Shown: positions 26,713-40,100 of the stretch, one piece after another | Layout of the letters: every line of letters begins with the position of its first letter | Numbering within the stretch: the first letter of the stretch is position 1 | DNA from: Octopus sinensis | Taxonomy: Eukaryota | Assembly: GCF_006345805.1 (NCBI RefSeq) | Contig: NW_021832599.1 | Span: forward strand, 1-64,000 | Length of the DNA stretch: 64,000 bases | Direction of reading: 5' to 3' | Position numbers and translations under genes: made by a program | Notes under the pieces: model-generated | The model's database searches: none | What the model was told of the DNA's origin: nothing | Seen by the model: only the letters and a program-made list of their open reading frames with translations

Positions 26713-27353
26713 GCCATCGCAATTGCCATATACACACAATTCAGACTTCTGACGCCACCACTATCAATACCTTTGACTTCGCCGCCTTCCCCTCCATCAC
26801 CATCACCACTGTCTTTCACATCGCTTACTCTCACCGTCATTCTTGACCACCACCACCACCGCCACCACCACCACCACCACCATCATCACCGCCGCCTCCG
26901 CCTCTATCACAGCTACAGCTCATACTATTACTATCACCCCATGCCCATCACAAAAAGGCTAAATGTTCGCTCAGCATGTTACTTCAGTGGTCAGTCTCTC
27001 TTTCTCTCACATCCCCCCTCTCTCTCTCTTATTATTACTCCCACTGCCACCATCAACATTACTACTTTTAATAAAAACCTCATCAACTCTCCCTAAATTT
27101 CTTTGTCTCTCTTTCTCTCCTTCTCTCTTTCTCTCTCTCTGTTTCTCTCTCCCTGTTTCGCCACCACCTTCACCGTCTCTATGCCGACTAATACTCTCAC
27201 CCCATCATAAGGAATAGTAGGAGTGCCATTGAATAGTGAGAGAGGAAGTCTAAGTGTGACACACTGACATACAGAAATTAGTTTTCACCTTTATCATATT
27301 ATATTATATTATATCATATTATATTATATTATATTATATTATATTATATTATA

Positions 27354-27864
27354 TCTATATATATTAAACTCTAGTTGTGTGAGTGTCTGTCCCCTTCGAT
27401 TTAGATTCCTAACTCCTCCCACATTTTGCGGTGCAGTTTAACCAAATTCGGGTATCTTATAGTCGTGATTCATATCGAGCCGTCTGAGTATTAGCGCGCG
27501 TCTACGATGAGTCTACGATTTTAAAAATAATTTAACATTAATTTTTATTCCATTTTAATGCAATTTTTCGTGTGTCGATGGCGGCGAGCGGAGTTGGCGT
27601 CCATGGTCACACCTGCACCTGTTTGCTTCTCCCCCTTCCCTCCCTCGTGAAGCTGTGGGGAAGGGAGTGTAAAGAAATCAACGTCGTAATGCGTTGTCAA
27701 GGAGGCCAGCGTTCTTTTAGAACAACGACTTCATGGCTTGAAGACACCAAAACAGAAATGACTAAGAAAGCCCGAATTGGCATCTATAAGGGAAGTAACT
27801 CTCTAAAAATGCTTATATAGTTATTTCCCTTACAAAACCGAGTAACGCCGGGCGATACTGCTAG
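27354..27864 (+). mobile_element. Non-autonomous mini-Helitron, 511 bp
   Basis: A|TC 5' end in (ATATT)n; hairpin ccgagtaacgccggg; CTAG at 27861-27864; paralog of 13023-13533. Confidence 0.9.
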
Positions 27865-28157
27865 TCTTTATATATAAAAGTGAGGTTGTGTGCTGTCTGT
27901 CTCCTACGATTTAGATTCCTAACTACTCCCACATTTTACGGTGCAGCGTAACCAAAAGCGGGTATCTTATAGTCGTGATTCATATCGAGCCTTCTGGGTA
28001 TTAGCGCGCGTCTACGATGAGTCTACGATTAAAAAAAAAAATTACCATCATTTTTTTTATTTTAATGCATTTTTTTGCTATTTTTTGGCTATAACTCTCT
28101 AAAAATGCTTATATAGCTATTCCCTTACAACCCGAGCAACGCCGGGCGATACTGCTA

Positions 28158-28158
<1 letters not shown>
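27865..28158 (+). mobile_element. Shorter related mini-Helitron (294 bp) joined head-to-tail to the previous copy
   Basis: Starts TCTTTATATATAAAAG immediately after CTAG; lacks the central ~220 bp; ends cccgagcaacgccgggcgatactgCTAG|T. Confidence 0.88.
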
Positions 28159-28199
<41 letters not shown>

Positions 28200-28705
28200 A
28201 TAAAATATATGTATATAGTAACTATGTATTTGTCGTAATCTCTGCGCCATTACCTACTCATGTGTTATGTAATCGATCAAGGTGAACGAGAGTTAATGGA
28301 TGCGATCATCAACAGCAGGTTTGTGGGTGTCTCTGAAAAGAGGGATTAAAATAGACCGTATCAGTCGTTCTCGTGAGTCACTGCAGCGACGATGCTCGTC
28401 TCGCCTCGATGCATATTGTGTTTTTTAAACACAAGTCTATGAAGAGATTTTTATCTCAGACAATTCCACACCACCATGCCTTCTAACGGTGCGAGTACCT
28501 TTGTATGATGCCTAAATGGTGATACTGTTGTTTTTTGTTGTTATTCGTGGGGTTACGGCGAACAGCAGTTGTTACATGTAGGATGGCTGTCTTAGGGATG
28601 CACGTTGGACAATGAAGCCCGGATTTTTTGCATAGAGCTACATATGAGAAAGACGGGATGGTCACAGCAGATGTGTTCAATTCAGGGTAATCTAGGAATT
28701 AACAA

Positions 28706-29121
28706 GGCGGCGAGCTGGCAGAAACGTTAGCGCGCCGGGCGAAATGCTTAGCGGTATTTCGTCTGCCGTTACGTTCTGAGTTCAAATTCCGCCGAGGTCG
28801 ACTTTGTCTTTCATCCTTTCAGGGTCGATAAATTAAGTACCAGTTACGCACTGGGATCGATATAATCGACTTAATCTGTTTGTCTGTCCTTGTTCGTCCC
28901 CTCTGTGTGTAGCCCCTTGTGGGTAGTAAAGAAATAGGTATTTCGTCTGCCGCTACGTTCTGAGTTCAAATTCCGCGGAGGTCGACTTTGCCTTTCATCC
29001 TTTCGGAGTCGATTAAATAAGTACCAGTTACGCACTGGGGTCGATGTAATCGACTTAATCCGTTTGTCTGTCCTGGTTTGTCTCCCTCTGTGTTTAGCCC
29101 CTTGTGGGTAATAAAGAAATA
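28706..29121 (+). mobile_element. SINE family A dimer with full head
   Basis: ggcggcgagctggcagaaacg head plus two units; 20-bp TSD GGTAATCTAGG(AA/GG)TTAACAA, 18/20 match. Confidence 0.9.
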
Positions 29122-29148
29122 GGTAATCTAGGGGTTAACAATAATAAC

Positions 29149-29373
29149 TATTTCTTTACTACCCACAAGGGGCTAAACACAGAGGGGACAAACAAGGACA
29201 GGCAAACGGATTAAGTCGATTACATCGACCCCAGTGCGTAACTGGTACTTAATTTATCGACCCCGAAAGGATGAAAGGCAAAGTCAACCCCAGCGTAATT
29301 TGAACTCAGAACGTAACGGCAGACGAAATACGGCTACGCATTTCGCCCGGCGTGCTAACGTTTCTGCCAGCTC
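29149..29373 (-). mobile_element. SINE family A monomer, tail-to-tail with the previous element
   Basis: One unit plus head, 27 bp downstream of the + dimer. Confidence 0.88.
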
Positions 29374-29802
29374 AACACTTCAGTACATTTACTAAGTTTC
29401 ACCCATGACACAAAACCGCACTGAAGTATATTACATTGCACCAAATATAGTTACATCTCACTGTACCACCGCATCACATCTCGCAAAACCGCACCACACC
29501 ATACGAAATTACACCACCACGCCGCCAATGAGGTAGCCTCCGTGGAGTTACTCAACCTGCTAGAAACAGTGACCCATAACTCCCTCAAATCACACTCTGC
29601 CTCGTATGTAAGGACAAGATGCATTAGATAATGTACTTACACATTCTCCTCAAAAGATAGGATGGTCACGGTTAGAACGCCTTCGCTCAAAGGTGTGCTC
29701 TTATAGGATTCACATGGAGCTAAACAACTCCCCACTCCAACGATGAACCTCTCTGCACTACACAACATTTTACTGGTATACTACAACACACTACACCCCT
29801 TA

Positions 29803-30215
29803 CCTATTTCTTTACTACCCACAAGGGGCTAAACATAGAGGGGACAAACAAGGACAGACAAACGGATTAAGTCGATTATATCGACCCCAGTGCGTAACTG
29901 GTACTTATTTAATCGACCCCGAAAGGATGAAAGGCAAAGTCGACCTCGGCGGAATTTGAACTCAGAACGTAGCGGCAGACGAAATACCTATTTCTTTATT
30001 ACCCACAAGGGGCTAAACACAGAGGGGACAAACAAGGACAGACATAGGTATTAAGTCGATTACATCGACCCCAGTGCGTAACTGGTACTTAATTTATCGA
30101 CCCCGAAAGGATGAAAGGCAAAGTCGACCTCGGTGGAATTTGAACTCAGAACGTAACGGCAGACGAAATACCGCTACGCATTTCGCCAGGCGTGCTAACG
30201 TTTCTGCCAACTCGC
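29803..30215 (-). mobile_element. SINE family A dimer with head
   Basis: Two units plus head ending ...tgccaactcgcc; flanked by (CCA)-rich DNA. Confidence 0.88.
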
Positions 30216-31019
30216 CACCCCTTACCACTACACCTATCACTTCACGACAGCAACTACTGCCACCACCATCAATATCACCACCACCACAACTACCACCACT
30301 ATCACCACCACCACCACCACCACCACCGCCACCACCACCTCCACCACCACACTTCACTACGTCTTTAAACACCAGACACATTAACGGCTAAGATGAATAT
30401 TATTACTGTCGAAATGGCTGTCGGAAATTACCGAACATTACTTGGTTATTTATCAAAGAATTAGTTGAAACAACAACCTGATAGTGTCTGAGAGTTGGTG
30501 CCAGCCATATATATATTTTTTGTCATGAAGCCAGTTCTGTCTTTACCACTCCCCCTCTTTACCCTGCACTCTTACACTTCCCTTCATCCCGAACCACCTC
30601 ATCCGAGTCAAATCCATCGTTACAACCGTGACGCATGGATTCACTTGCTTTGTCACATCTGACTTCTTTCTCGGTAGTAAACATCGCAGACTGAATTATG
30701 TTGGTGTGCGATGAGAAGAAGGTATGTTCTACACAAGAGACAGGGTCCCTAATTAGGGAGTAAACAGGGATATCAAGTCTTTCTTTCTAATAAAGGTATT
30801 CTGCGAGGAAACGTTACCCATGCCGATTTTGTGAACTCGTGTCTTAAAATAAATTTTGCTGTCTCTCAGGAGGATCATTACTTCAATAATAGACACACGC
30901 ATTGGTTCTATTTCACTTCTTCATTATTAGTCAATTGGTTAACTATTTAACTAATTGACTAACCGATTGTTTGCATTATCATTCAGTTAATCAATCAATC
31001 AGTTATATTTGTCCAAGTT

Positions 31020-31238
31020 AAGGGCGGCGAGCTGGCAGAAACGTTAGCACGCCGGGCGAAATGCGTAGCCGTATTTCGTCTGCCGTTACGTTCTGAGTTC
31101 AAATTTCGTCGAAGTCGACTTTGCCTGTCATCCTTTCGGGGTCGATAAATTAAGTACCAGTTACGCACTGGGTCGATGTAATCGACTTAATCCCTTTGTC
31201 TGTCCTTGTTTGTCCCTCTTGTGAGTAGTAAAGAAATA
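31020..31238 (+). mobile_element. SINE family A monomer with shortened tail
   Basis: Full head; 16-bp TSD TATATTTGTCCAAGTT (31004-31019 / 31239-31254). Confidence 0.9.
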
Positions 31239-31634
31239 TATATTTGTCCAAGTTCCGTCGTTATCATTCGCAACTTCTTTAATGACATGCTCTTTCTAGG
31301 TCAGGTCAGCTCCAGATTTGTCTGTAAAGAAGTAAAATATAACCTGTGTGTGTGTATGTGTGTGCGCGCATGCGCGATATTATTGGCAGAATGACTGTCT
31401 TGAGATACACCACTACCCATTGACTCTCACTCTGCCGCGGGTTAAGCACAATTTAAAAGATATTGTTTGTATGAGGAACACTTTACTGATTAAGAACATT
31501 ATGACAATAGTAAATATCATTTTCGAGTTCATTATTTTAATTTGTGTAATTAATGAGTTAAGTTAATTTTTTGGTTTAAAAAGCAAAAAGCAAGGCCATG
31601 TAGGGGGGATTGGAGTTATGTACAGGGAGGGTGT

Positions 31635-31913
31635 TCATGCAAAGAGTTCAGGCCATTTCTGGTCAAGAGAGACTTTGAACCGAGCGGTCGTCGGCATCTT
31701 CACTATCTCGTCCGGCAGCTTATTCCACGGATCCGCAACCCGGACGGAGAAAGCCCCTCTCCTTCGATTGAGATGAAATCGTCGCAGATAGAGCTTTTCG
31801 GAGTGACCCCGCAGCCGACGCTCTGGAGCAGGAGTGAAGAACAGCTCTTTCGAGAGGTTACACTTTCCGCTTATGATGTTGTGAGCAAGAATGAATACCC
31901 TTTGCACAAACAA
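31635..31913 (-). mobile_element. CR1/L2-type LINE ORF2 C-terminal fragment
   Basis: ILAHNIISGK...FF...RLRGHSEKL...RRGAFSVRVADPWNKLPDEIV...FKVSLD matches the CR1-clade RT C-terminal pattern. Confidence 0.8.
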
Positions 31914-32344
31914 TTATATGTTTTTGTTGGTCCCGGAAGTTTGCAGCCATTGCATGGAAAATGATGCGCTGCGGATATTCAGTGATTGTGAAAGATCTCC
32001 GATGGTGTCGCCACGGCTGCCGATAAGCACACATACGCACTCTCACCGTTGCAAGTCTTCAGTTCAGTTTTGAGTGAGGGAAATTTCAAGAGTCCACCCT
32101 TTTGCGTCATCTGTGAATAACTTTCATTAACACTAATAACTTTCATTTCATTTAATGTTATATTTTCGTCTCACTATATCAAGTAGCTAGCACTTAATTG
32201 TATCCCTCTCTCTTTCTCTCTCCCTCTCTCCCCTCTCTTTCTCTCTATCTTTCTTCGTCTCTTTGTCTCTCTCGCCGTCTCTCTTTTCATTTCTGTCGCT
32301 CACTCTCTCTCTCTCGCTCTCTCTCTCTCTGCATACATACATAC

Positions 32345-32346
32345 AC

Positions 32347-32427
<81 letters not shown>

Positions 32428-32448
32428 GTCTGTTTATCTATCTATCTA

Positions 32449-32508
<60 letters not shown>

Positions 32509-32510
32509 CT

Positions 32511-32578
<68 letters not shown>

Positions 32579-32580
32579 CT
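32345..32580. repeat. (TCTA)n microsatellite (similar tract at 12172-12330)
   Basis: Near-pure TCTA run. Confidence 0.95.
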
Positions 32581-32799
32581 GTCTATGTGTCTGTATCTCT
32601 CTCCACCTCTCTCTTTCCCTTCCACTCCCTATCTCTCTCTCTCCGCATACGTGCGTGCGCGCGAAAAGTTGGCAGAACAGCACTACAAAAAGATTTGTAG
32701 GAAAGACAAAAGCACAAACGGACAGGTACCAACCTGATTCCTCCATTAATTGGCAACTGGAAATAATTACAATTTATACACACACACGCACACACACAC

Positions 32800-32833
<34 letters not shown>

Positions 32834-33565
32834 CACACACACACACACACGCACGCACACACACACACACGCGCACGTAAGTTACCAATAGCACAGCCCC
32901 TACCCACTTCTGCCCCACCTTTCTTGCCCGGATTGGCCTCACCAGCCACCTCCGGTCTCACAGCAGCAATTCCACCAAATGATGATCAATGGTCATCTTC
33001 GAACCCGAAGGACGAACATTCATTCATATCCAAATAAGTGTAGCTGTCAATATGGTCGTAAATTAAATGAATTCAACAAATGCTTAAGAGAGACGTAAAC
33101 CTCCGTCGTACTTATAGAATATCTCCGAGGTCGATGAAAAAGGGAGCGACTGGAGACTGCTGTTTCAACTATTCTTATTATTTCATCAGCAATCGATTAG
33201 ACTACGTTTTGCTATCGCTGTGAAGCTTTACTATGAAGAACATACACTGCTGGATCACTAAGCCTATTTGGTACAGAATGCATAGAGTTACTTAAAACGT
33301 GGGATACCCCCATTAGTGTTCTCTGTGAAAATGCAGATGGCATAGTTAAAAGTTCGAATGAAGTCGAACAACTGTGATAAAAAATTTTTAAAAATTGTTT
33401 CCAAATGTTTTTTTTTTTTTGGAAGGATTAGGCTGTTGCACTAAAACGAAAGCAAGGATTGCAGTAAAAGAAAAGGCAACATCTATTTTTAGGCCCGAAC
33501 GGAGCGTGCCGTTTGCGGCGTTGAACCAGGTCAGTAAAGAGATTGAAAGACTGGCAAGGTATTAA

Positions 33566-33737
33566 GACATAGGTATTAAGTCGATAACATCGACCTTAGT
33601 GCGTAACTGGTACTTAATTTATCGACCCCGAAAGGATGAAAGGCAAAGTCGACCTCGGCGGAATTTGAACTCAGAACGTAACAGCAGACGAAATACCACT
33701 TAGCATTTCGCCCGGCGAGCTAACGTTTCTGCCAGCT
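33566..33737 (-). mobile_element. SINE family A partial unit with head
   Basis: Contains ggaatttgaactc and the head gcatttcgcccggc..tgccagctc. Confidence 0.8.
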
Positions 33738-34419
33738 CTCCGCCTGGGAGCGTATGCCGTCACTATGGTGATTGAAGGTTTGTCGGTTGTCATCTGTATG
33801 TGCGTGCGTGCATGCGTCCATCCGTCCGTGTGCGTGTCCGTGTGTGTGTGTGTGTTGCAACAGCTCCGTCCCACACCTGTGTGAATTGTATCCTCACATG
33901 TGTACCTTATTGAAGATTCAGCAAACACTCAGTGTCCAGAACACAAATACCACCCGTCCTATACAACAGCAGAAAAGAAAGCTAGTCTGCAGGAAAGAGA
34001 TCGCTTTGGTGTATGCGAGACACATTAATGTGTGTACTTAAACATACTTAAAGTCGTAAACCAAGAAAAATTAATTAAAATTACACCTTTGTAGAGTGCA
34101 ATTTTAATTAATGACAAAAATCATTATCCTCGTGATTAAGAAGGGGGTGAAAAAAATCATTATTTTAGTGATTAATCCTAGTCAATCGACAAATGCAGAA
34201 AAGACAACCCCGAAATTTGAATTAATCAAAATATATTAAAAATAAAATATAATGAAGAACGAGTGAGCTGTTTTGGTAGTAAGATTAGAACTGTGAACAT
34301 TAGAGATGTGATGTCATTATATTGGGATTGGTGAGGCATTAATGGAAGGCGGTGTAAAAAGGGTAAAGACACTCTTAGGTTATGAATGGATAGAAGGTTA
34401 CCCTCCGAGGCACAAGAGC

Positions 34420-34677
34420 CGACAAGGTTGTTTATGGAAGACCAGCAGTCGCCCATGCATAACATCTCCTGTCTCTACGTCACTGATGTTATCGAAGGGA
34501 AAGGCAAAGGGGCCGATACAGCTTGGCACCAGAGACGTCGCAACTCATTTCTACAGCTGAGTGAACTGGAACAACGTGAAATAAAGAGTCTTGCTCAAGA
34601 ACACAACACGCAGCCCTGTCCGGGATTCGAACTCACTACCTCATGATTGTGAGCCCGACACTCTAACCGCTGAGCCG
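34420..34677 (-). mobile_element. tRNA-derived SINE, another family
   Basis: Minus strand ggctcagcggttagagtg...gagttcgaatcccgg (A/B boxes), then gtgttcttgagcaagactctttatttcac. Confidence 0.75.
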
Positions 34678-34899
34678 TATGTCGTTATTTAATATCCTAG
34701 CATGGAGCTGATTGAATAATGCATTATGTCGAAGCAATCAATTTTTTTTCCTTTTAAGCGTTGGGCATCTAGGATTACATTACCCAATGTGTCATTTATA
34801 ATCCTTAAGACTAAAGATCTGTGTCACAAAGACATGATACCCTCAGATCAGAAAAGTCGAACTCTTCTGATAAAGATGTCGCTGCACGGAACTATCAAA

Positions 34900-34957
<58 letters not shown>

Positions 34958-34997
34958 TTATATATACTAATCTATATATCTATATATATATCTATAT

Positions 34998-35029
<32 letters not shown>

Positions 35030-35925
35030 CATTTTCGTAGCACACAGATACACACACAGCACAAAGTAAAATGGTCATTATAGGACGGGCTTCCACGCAA
35101 TTTCCGACAACCACAATTCGCTCACACGTCATTAGTCGGCCTTAAGGCAATAGTAGAAGTCACTTGCCCGAGTTGCTACGGAGTGGGACCGAACCCGAAA
35201 CCACATGGCTACAAAGTAAGTTTCTAAACTACACACTCATACGTATACCTGTATGTTTGAGAAAGAAAAAAAAAACACACCACGAACACAAGACCAGAAA
35301 CTAGTATTACGGTTTTCAATTTCTTAACGATTATGATTTCTAGTATATCAAAGATGTTACATCATAGCGTGATGCCGGGTTCAACGAGTGTATGAACCCC
35401 GAGACGTCTATGGGTCTCACTGTAATGTAACGCTTGGGATCAACGAAAGTTTACGGGCGTTGGGGTTTACGACAGTTTGTATTTCATGGCAGTTAAAACA
35501 TGTATGTAGGTATGTGCATACGTGTGTGAGTATGTGTGTGCGAGTATGTACACACGCACACACGCACACGCACACGCAAACATATATATATATATTGTCT
35601 GCTGGCAACTTTTTTCCATTTTTTTAAGGGTAAATACCCAAACTTTCTCTGCTGTTTACACAGGTATACTGCATTCAAAGTTTACGTTCTTGTTAGTAAT
35701 ATATATATATATATATATATATGCAGCACAGATTTTTGTCAGTGAACAAGTCGTAGTCTTATAGCGACGAAAATATTTTGAAAAATTAAAACTTAAATGT
35801 TGAAGTGAATCGAACGGCTTTTGTGTGTTCTTAAATGGCTTACAAACACCTTCCACGCTGCATAATTGTTATATATATATATATATTGTATATATATATA
35901 TGTATATATTATATATATGTATATA

Positions 35926-36004
<79 letters not shown>

Positions 36005-36056
36005 GTTTAAATATTTGTGTGCATAGATTTTATGTGAAGTCGTGTGTTGAAACAGA

Positions 36057-36529
36057 TATTGTTATATTCGAATTCATATTGCCAGTTTAGCCAAAAAAAC
36101 ACACGCACTCTATATTTGGTGTTATTTTGCTTCAGTGATATTTATTTTTTACATTAATCTAATCTTATTTCGGCCAAAAGTTCTTTCGTCACACTCCTGT
36201 GACCGCATCAGTGGTCCTTTGTTTTCTTCTCACTTACTTGTGTCTCTCCTTACTAACCGTCAGCCATTGTATTTCTATTGTATGTCTTCATTTGCGCATG
36301 CTTATATCTCTATGTGCCGTCTATGTTTATTTAGTGGTGTGGTGAGGGGGATGCCTGTAATATTGTATCTTCTGGTTATATACATTCTTGTAATTTGTAT
36401 TTGTTTTGTTGTTGTTGCTTTTGTTCTAATTTTGTTCATGTGTTTACATCCACCCATTATTATCATTACATATGCTTGTATGTATGTATAACAACAATAT
36501 TAGTAATAATTTAATAATAAATATAATGA

Positions 36530-36574
<45 letters not shown>

Positions 36575-37522
36575 CTATTACATATACATATATATATACA
36601 TATATATATATATACATATATACACACACATATACACATATACATACACATATACATATATATAGTTATTCATTCTATTTCTTTAATTATCTGTGTATTT
36701 ATTATGTTTGCAGGATCCACTATCGTCATATGTTGTGGTGTGCGCTATTGCTCCATTCTAGTTTTCTATTCAGGCTAGGTTTATTTTCTATTATATGTGT
36801 AGCTTCTGTAATTGTCTAATTGTGGCATCTGTTATATGTGTGGACAATATCTTAATCTCTATGTTATTGATTGATCCCCGTGTTCTTGTTCATCGTGTTG
36901 GTACAGAATCGATGAGCTTTTACCTTCCTTGAGTTGTCTCCAATGTTCATTCACCCGCTCACCAATGCTTCTTGCTGTTTCCCCTACGTATGTTACTGTC
37001 TTGTTACTGCATCGTCCCTCTATACATCTTATACTATAGACCACATTTCTGGCTTTACAGTTTGTTTGTTGGGCTAAATCTACATACAGTGCAATAGTAT
37101 CCGTACAGAGAGTTCTACTAAAAGGATAGCTTCTACCAATTATAGATCTGATAGGGTTGCCTGGCTTTTCAACAACCTTAATTCTTAGTTTAAGTTTATC
37201 TAGGGTCCTTCTAAAGCGGTACGCCAGTTCACCTCCAGGGGTGGTGTCAACGAACATGACACTCTGGTATTTATGGCTATCATACCAAGAGTTGGCCTTC
37301 CCTATAAATGGCTGACGGTTAGTAAGGAGAGACACAAGTAAGTGAGAAAAAACAAAGGACCACTGATGCGGTCACAGGAGTGTGACGAAAGAACTTTGGC
37401 CGAAATAAGATTAAGATTAATGTAAAAAATAAATAACACTGAAGCAAAATAACACCAAATATATAGTGCGTGTGTTTTTATGGGCTAAACTGGCAATATG
37501 ACCATTCCGAAATATAACAATA
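36057..37522 (-). mobile_element. 5'-truncated Penelope-like element: GIY-YIG endonuclease fragment between ~215-bp inverted repeats
   Basis: Minus strand CKARNVVYSIRC...C...TYVGETARSIGERVNEH and, after a frameshift, TEATHIIENKPSLNRKLEW; inverted arms 36057-36268 and 37307-37522. Confidence 0.85.
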
Positions 37523-37535
37523 TATATATATGTAT

Positions 37536-37568
<33 letters not shown>

Positions 37569-37614
37569 TATATATATAATATAATATATATATATATATA
37601 TGTATATAATATAG

Positions 37615-37657
<43 letters not shown>

Positions 37658-37729
37658 TATATATATATATATATATATACGTATATAATATATATATATA
37701 TGTATATATATATGATGTATATATATATG

Positions 37730-37764
<35 letters not shown>

Positions 37765-38185
37765 GATATATATATATGTATATATATATATATGTATATA
37801 GATATATGTATATATATATATATATGTATATATATTATATAGTATATATATATATATATGTATATATTGTATATATATATGTATATATATGTATATATAT
37901 GTATATATATATATATATATGTATATATATGTATATATATATGTATATATATGTATATATATATATATATATCTGTATATATATATGTATATATATAGAT
38001 ATGTATGTATATATATATATATATAGTATGATATGTATATATATGTATATAATATATGTATATATGTATTATATATATATATGTATGTTATATATAGATA
38101 TGTTTGTATATATATATATGTATATGTATGATATATATATATATATAGTATATGTATGTATGTATGTATATGTATGTATGTAGTA
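37523..38185. repeat. ~660 bp degenerate (TA)n/(TATG)n microsatellite
   Basis: Direct inspection. Confidence 0.95.
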
Positions 38186-38826
38186 CGTATACACCCACGA
38201 TATAATATAGTACAGTGTGTTCAGCACTCCGACTAGACGACACAAGGTCGCAAGTGACGATAGCTTAGGCCTCATTGTGGTACAGCACTGTATGTACCTC
38301 ATGATGAATGGGTACGTGGTTATAGGCAAGTTTTGTGCACCAAGCTGACACATGTGTGGGTGTTCACGGATGAGTTCCTTATTTGTACTGGGTTAACGCT
38401 TGAAAAATATAACAGAAAGCCTATTTTGTTTTTTATCAACAACGACCAGTTACTTCAAGTTCGCAGAATGAACTCTTCAAATCCCTTCTCTCACGAGAGA
38501 GAGAGAGAGAAATGAGATTTAGAAATCTCGTTTGCGTGAGATTTGATCTGCCAAGAGACAACCCCCATCTGTCATCTTACACAAAATGCAGAATTCAAAG
38601 ATGGTGTATCGTAGAATGTTTATTTTTCGGTTTTCGTTTTTATTTCTGTGTTTCTTTGTTTTGTTGGGTGGGTTGGGGGGTGGAGGTGTGGTGGGGGAGA
38701 GTGGGGGTTCGGTGCATTCGACATGTTTTGTGACTAACTAGGCGTAAATAAATAACATAAACTCTGGCTCCAAAAATGAATACTCTTTTTTCCGTTCATT
38801 ATAACAAAGGGGTGTGTATGTGTGTG

Positions 38827-38914
<88 letters not shown>

Positions 38915-38915
38915 C

Positions 38916-38946
<31 letters not shown>

Positions 38947-39041
38947 GTGTATGTATGTCTATATGTATATATACATGTTGTATGTATGGTATGTATGTAT
39001 GTATGTATGTATATGTATCATCTATCTTCTCTCTATATATA

Positions 39042-39584
39042 TCTCTATATAAAAACTGAAATGCGTTTTTTACCGCTTGGTTCGCTTTCAATGCCACTAC
39101 ATCCCGTCCGATTCGCTCCAAAATTTACAGGGACATGTAGAATGAGGTGACGATGCGCGTGGGCTACCTTACAAATCCCTATCTTAAAGGTGTGGTGCTA
39201 GGGGCCATCTTCCTACCTCACCCTATTTCCTCCGTACTCTGTCACTCCTCTTCATTTGACAATGCAACTATCATTATTTAATGTAAAGTCTTCCTCAAAT
39301 CACTCTGTCGCTATTTACTCTCTTCCAAGAACATTTTCACTCACTCTATCTCTTACCTTCCTATACGTTTTACTCATGTATCTATCAGCGTTCATGGACA
39401 GTAACAAATATTACATCGCCATCCCCATTGCCATCGCATTCTATTATCTACCTGTCAACACACACACACACATATATATACATATATCTAATATTATATT
39501 TTTATTTTTATGTTTTTGTTTTTGGTGTTTTACTGTTTCATTTCCCTATTAGTGGTTTTATCTCTAATTTAATTTCTACAGCGT

Positions 39585-39641
<57 letters not shown>

Positions 39642-40100
39642 TATGTGGCCCCAGTACACCCGAATGAAATCGGGTTCTCTTCATCAAAATGTGAAAAGGG
39701 GTCTACAATTATCATCGCCACAACTTATGTATGTCTTCCTCACTCACTCACTCTTTTTCCTAATGATAATTATCATCGCCACCACCAACACCACCAACAC
39801 ACAATCTGGACAATCTTTCTCTTATAACAAATCATGTTTACATTGCAACGACGTCTGCCACCTCCGCCGTCTCTATTTATTCTGCAAATGACCAGAACTC
39901 GGGAAACTTGGTTGAGTGTTCTATGGTCTATGACCAGAACTCGGGAAACTTGCTTGACTGTTCTATGGTCTATGACCAGAAATCGGGAAACTTGGTTGAG
40001 TGTTCTATGGTCTATGACCAGAACTTGGGAAACTTGGTTGAGTCCTCATCTTACAAAATGTGGCCCAGTAGACCCAAATGAAATCGGGTTATATTAACCA
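39042..40100 (+). mobile_element. Possible degenerate non-autonomous Helitron
   Basis: A|TCTCTATATAAAAACTGAAATG start with ccgattcgctccaaaatt motif; hairpins cccga-atgaaa-tcggg at ~39659 and ~40071; terminal CTAG not preserved. Confidence 0.4.
39888..40043 (+). repeat. 42-bp minisatellite, ~3.7 copies
   Basis: atgaccagaactcgggaaacttggttgagtgttctatggtct at 39888, 39930, 39972, 40014 (partial). Confidence 0.92.

Noticed and set aside
37355-37425. CTGATGC...CCGAAATAAGATT hammerhead-like motif in the PLE inverted repeat
   Set aside because: A9 is substituted and no stem I pairing was found.
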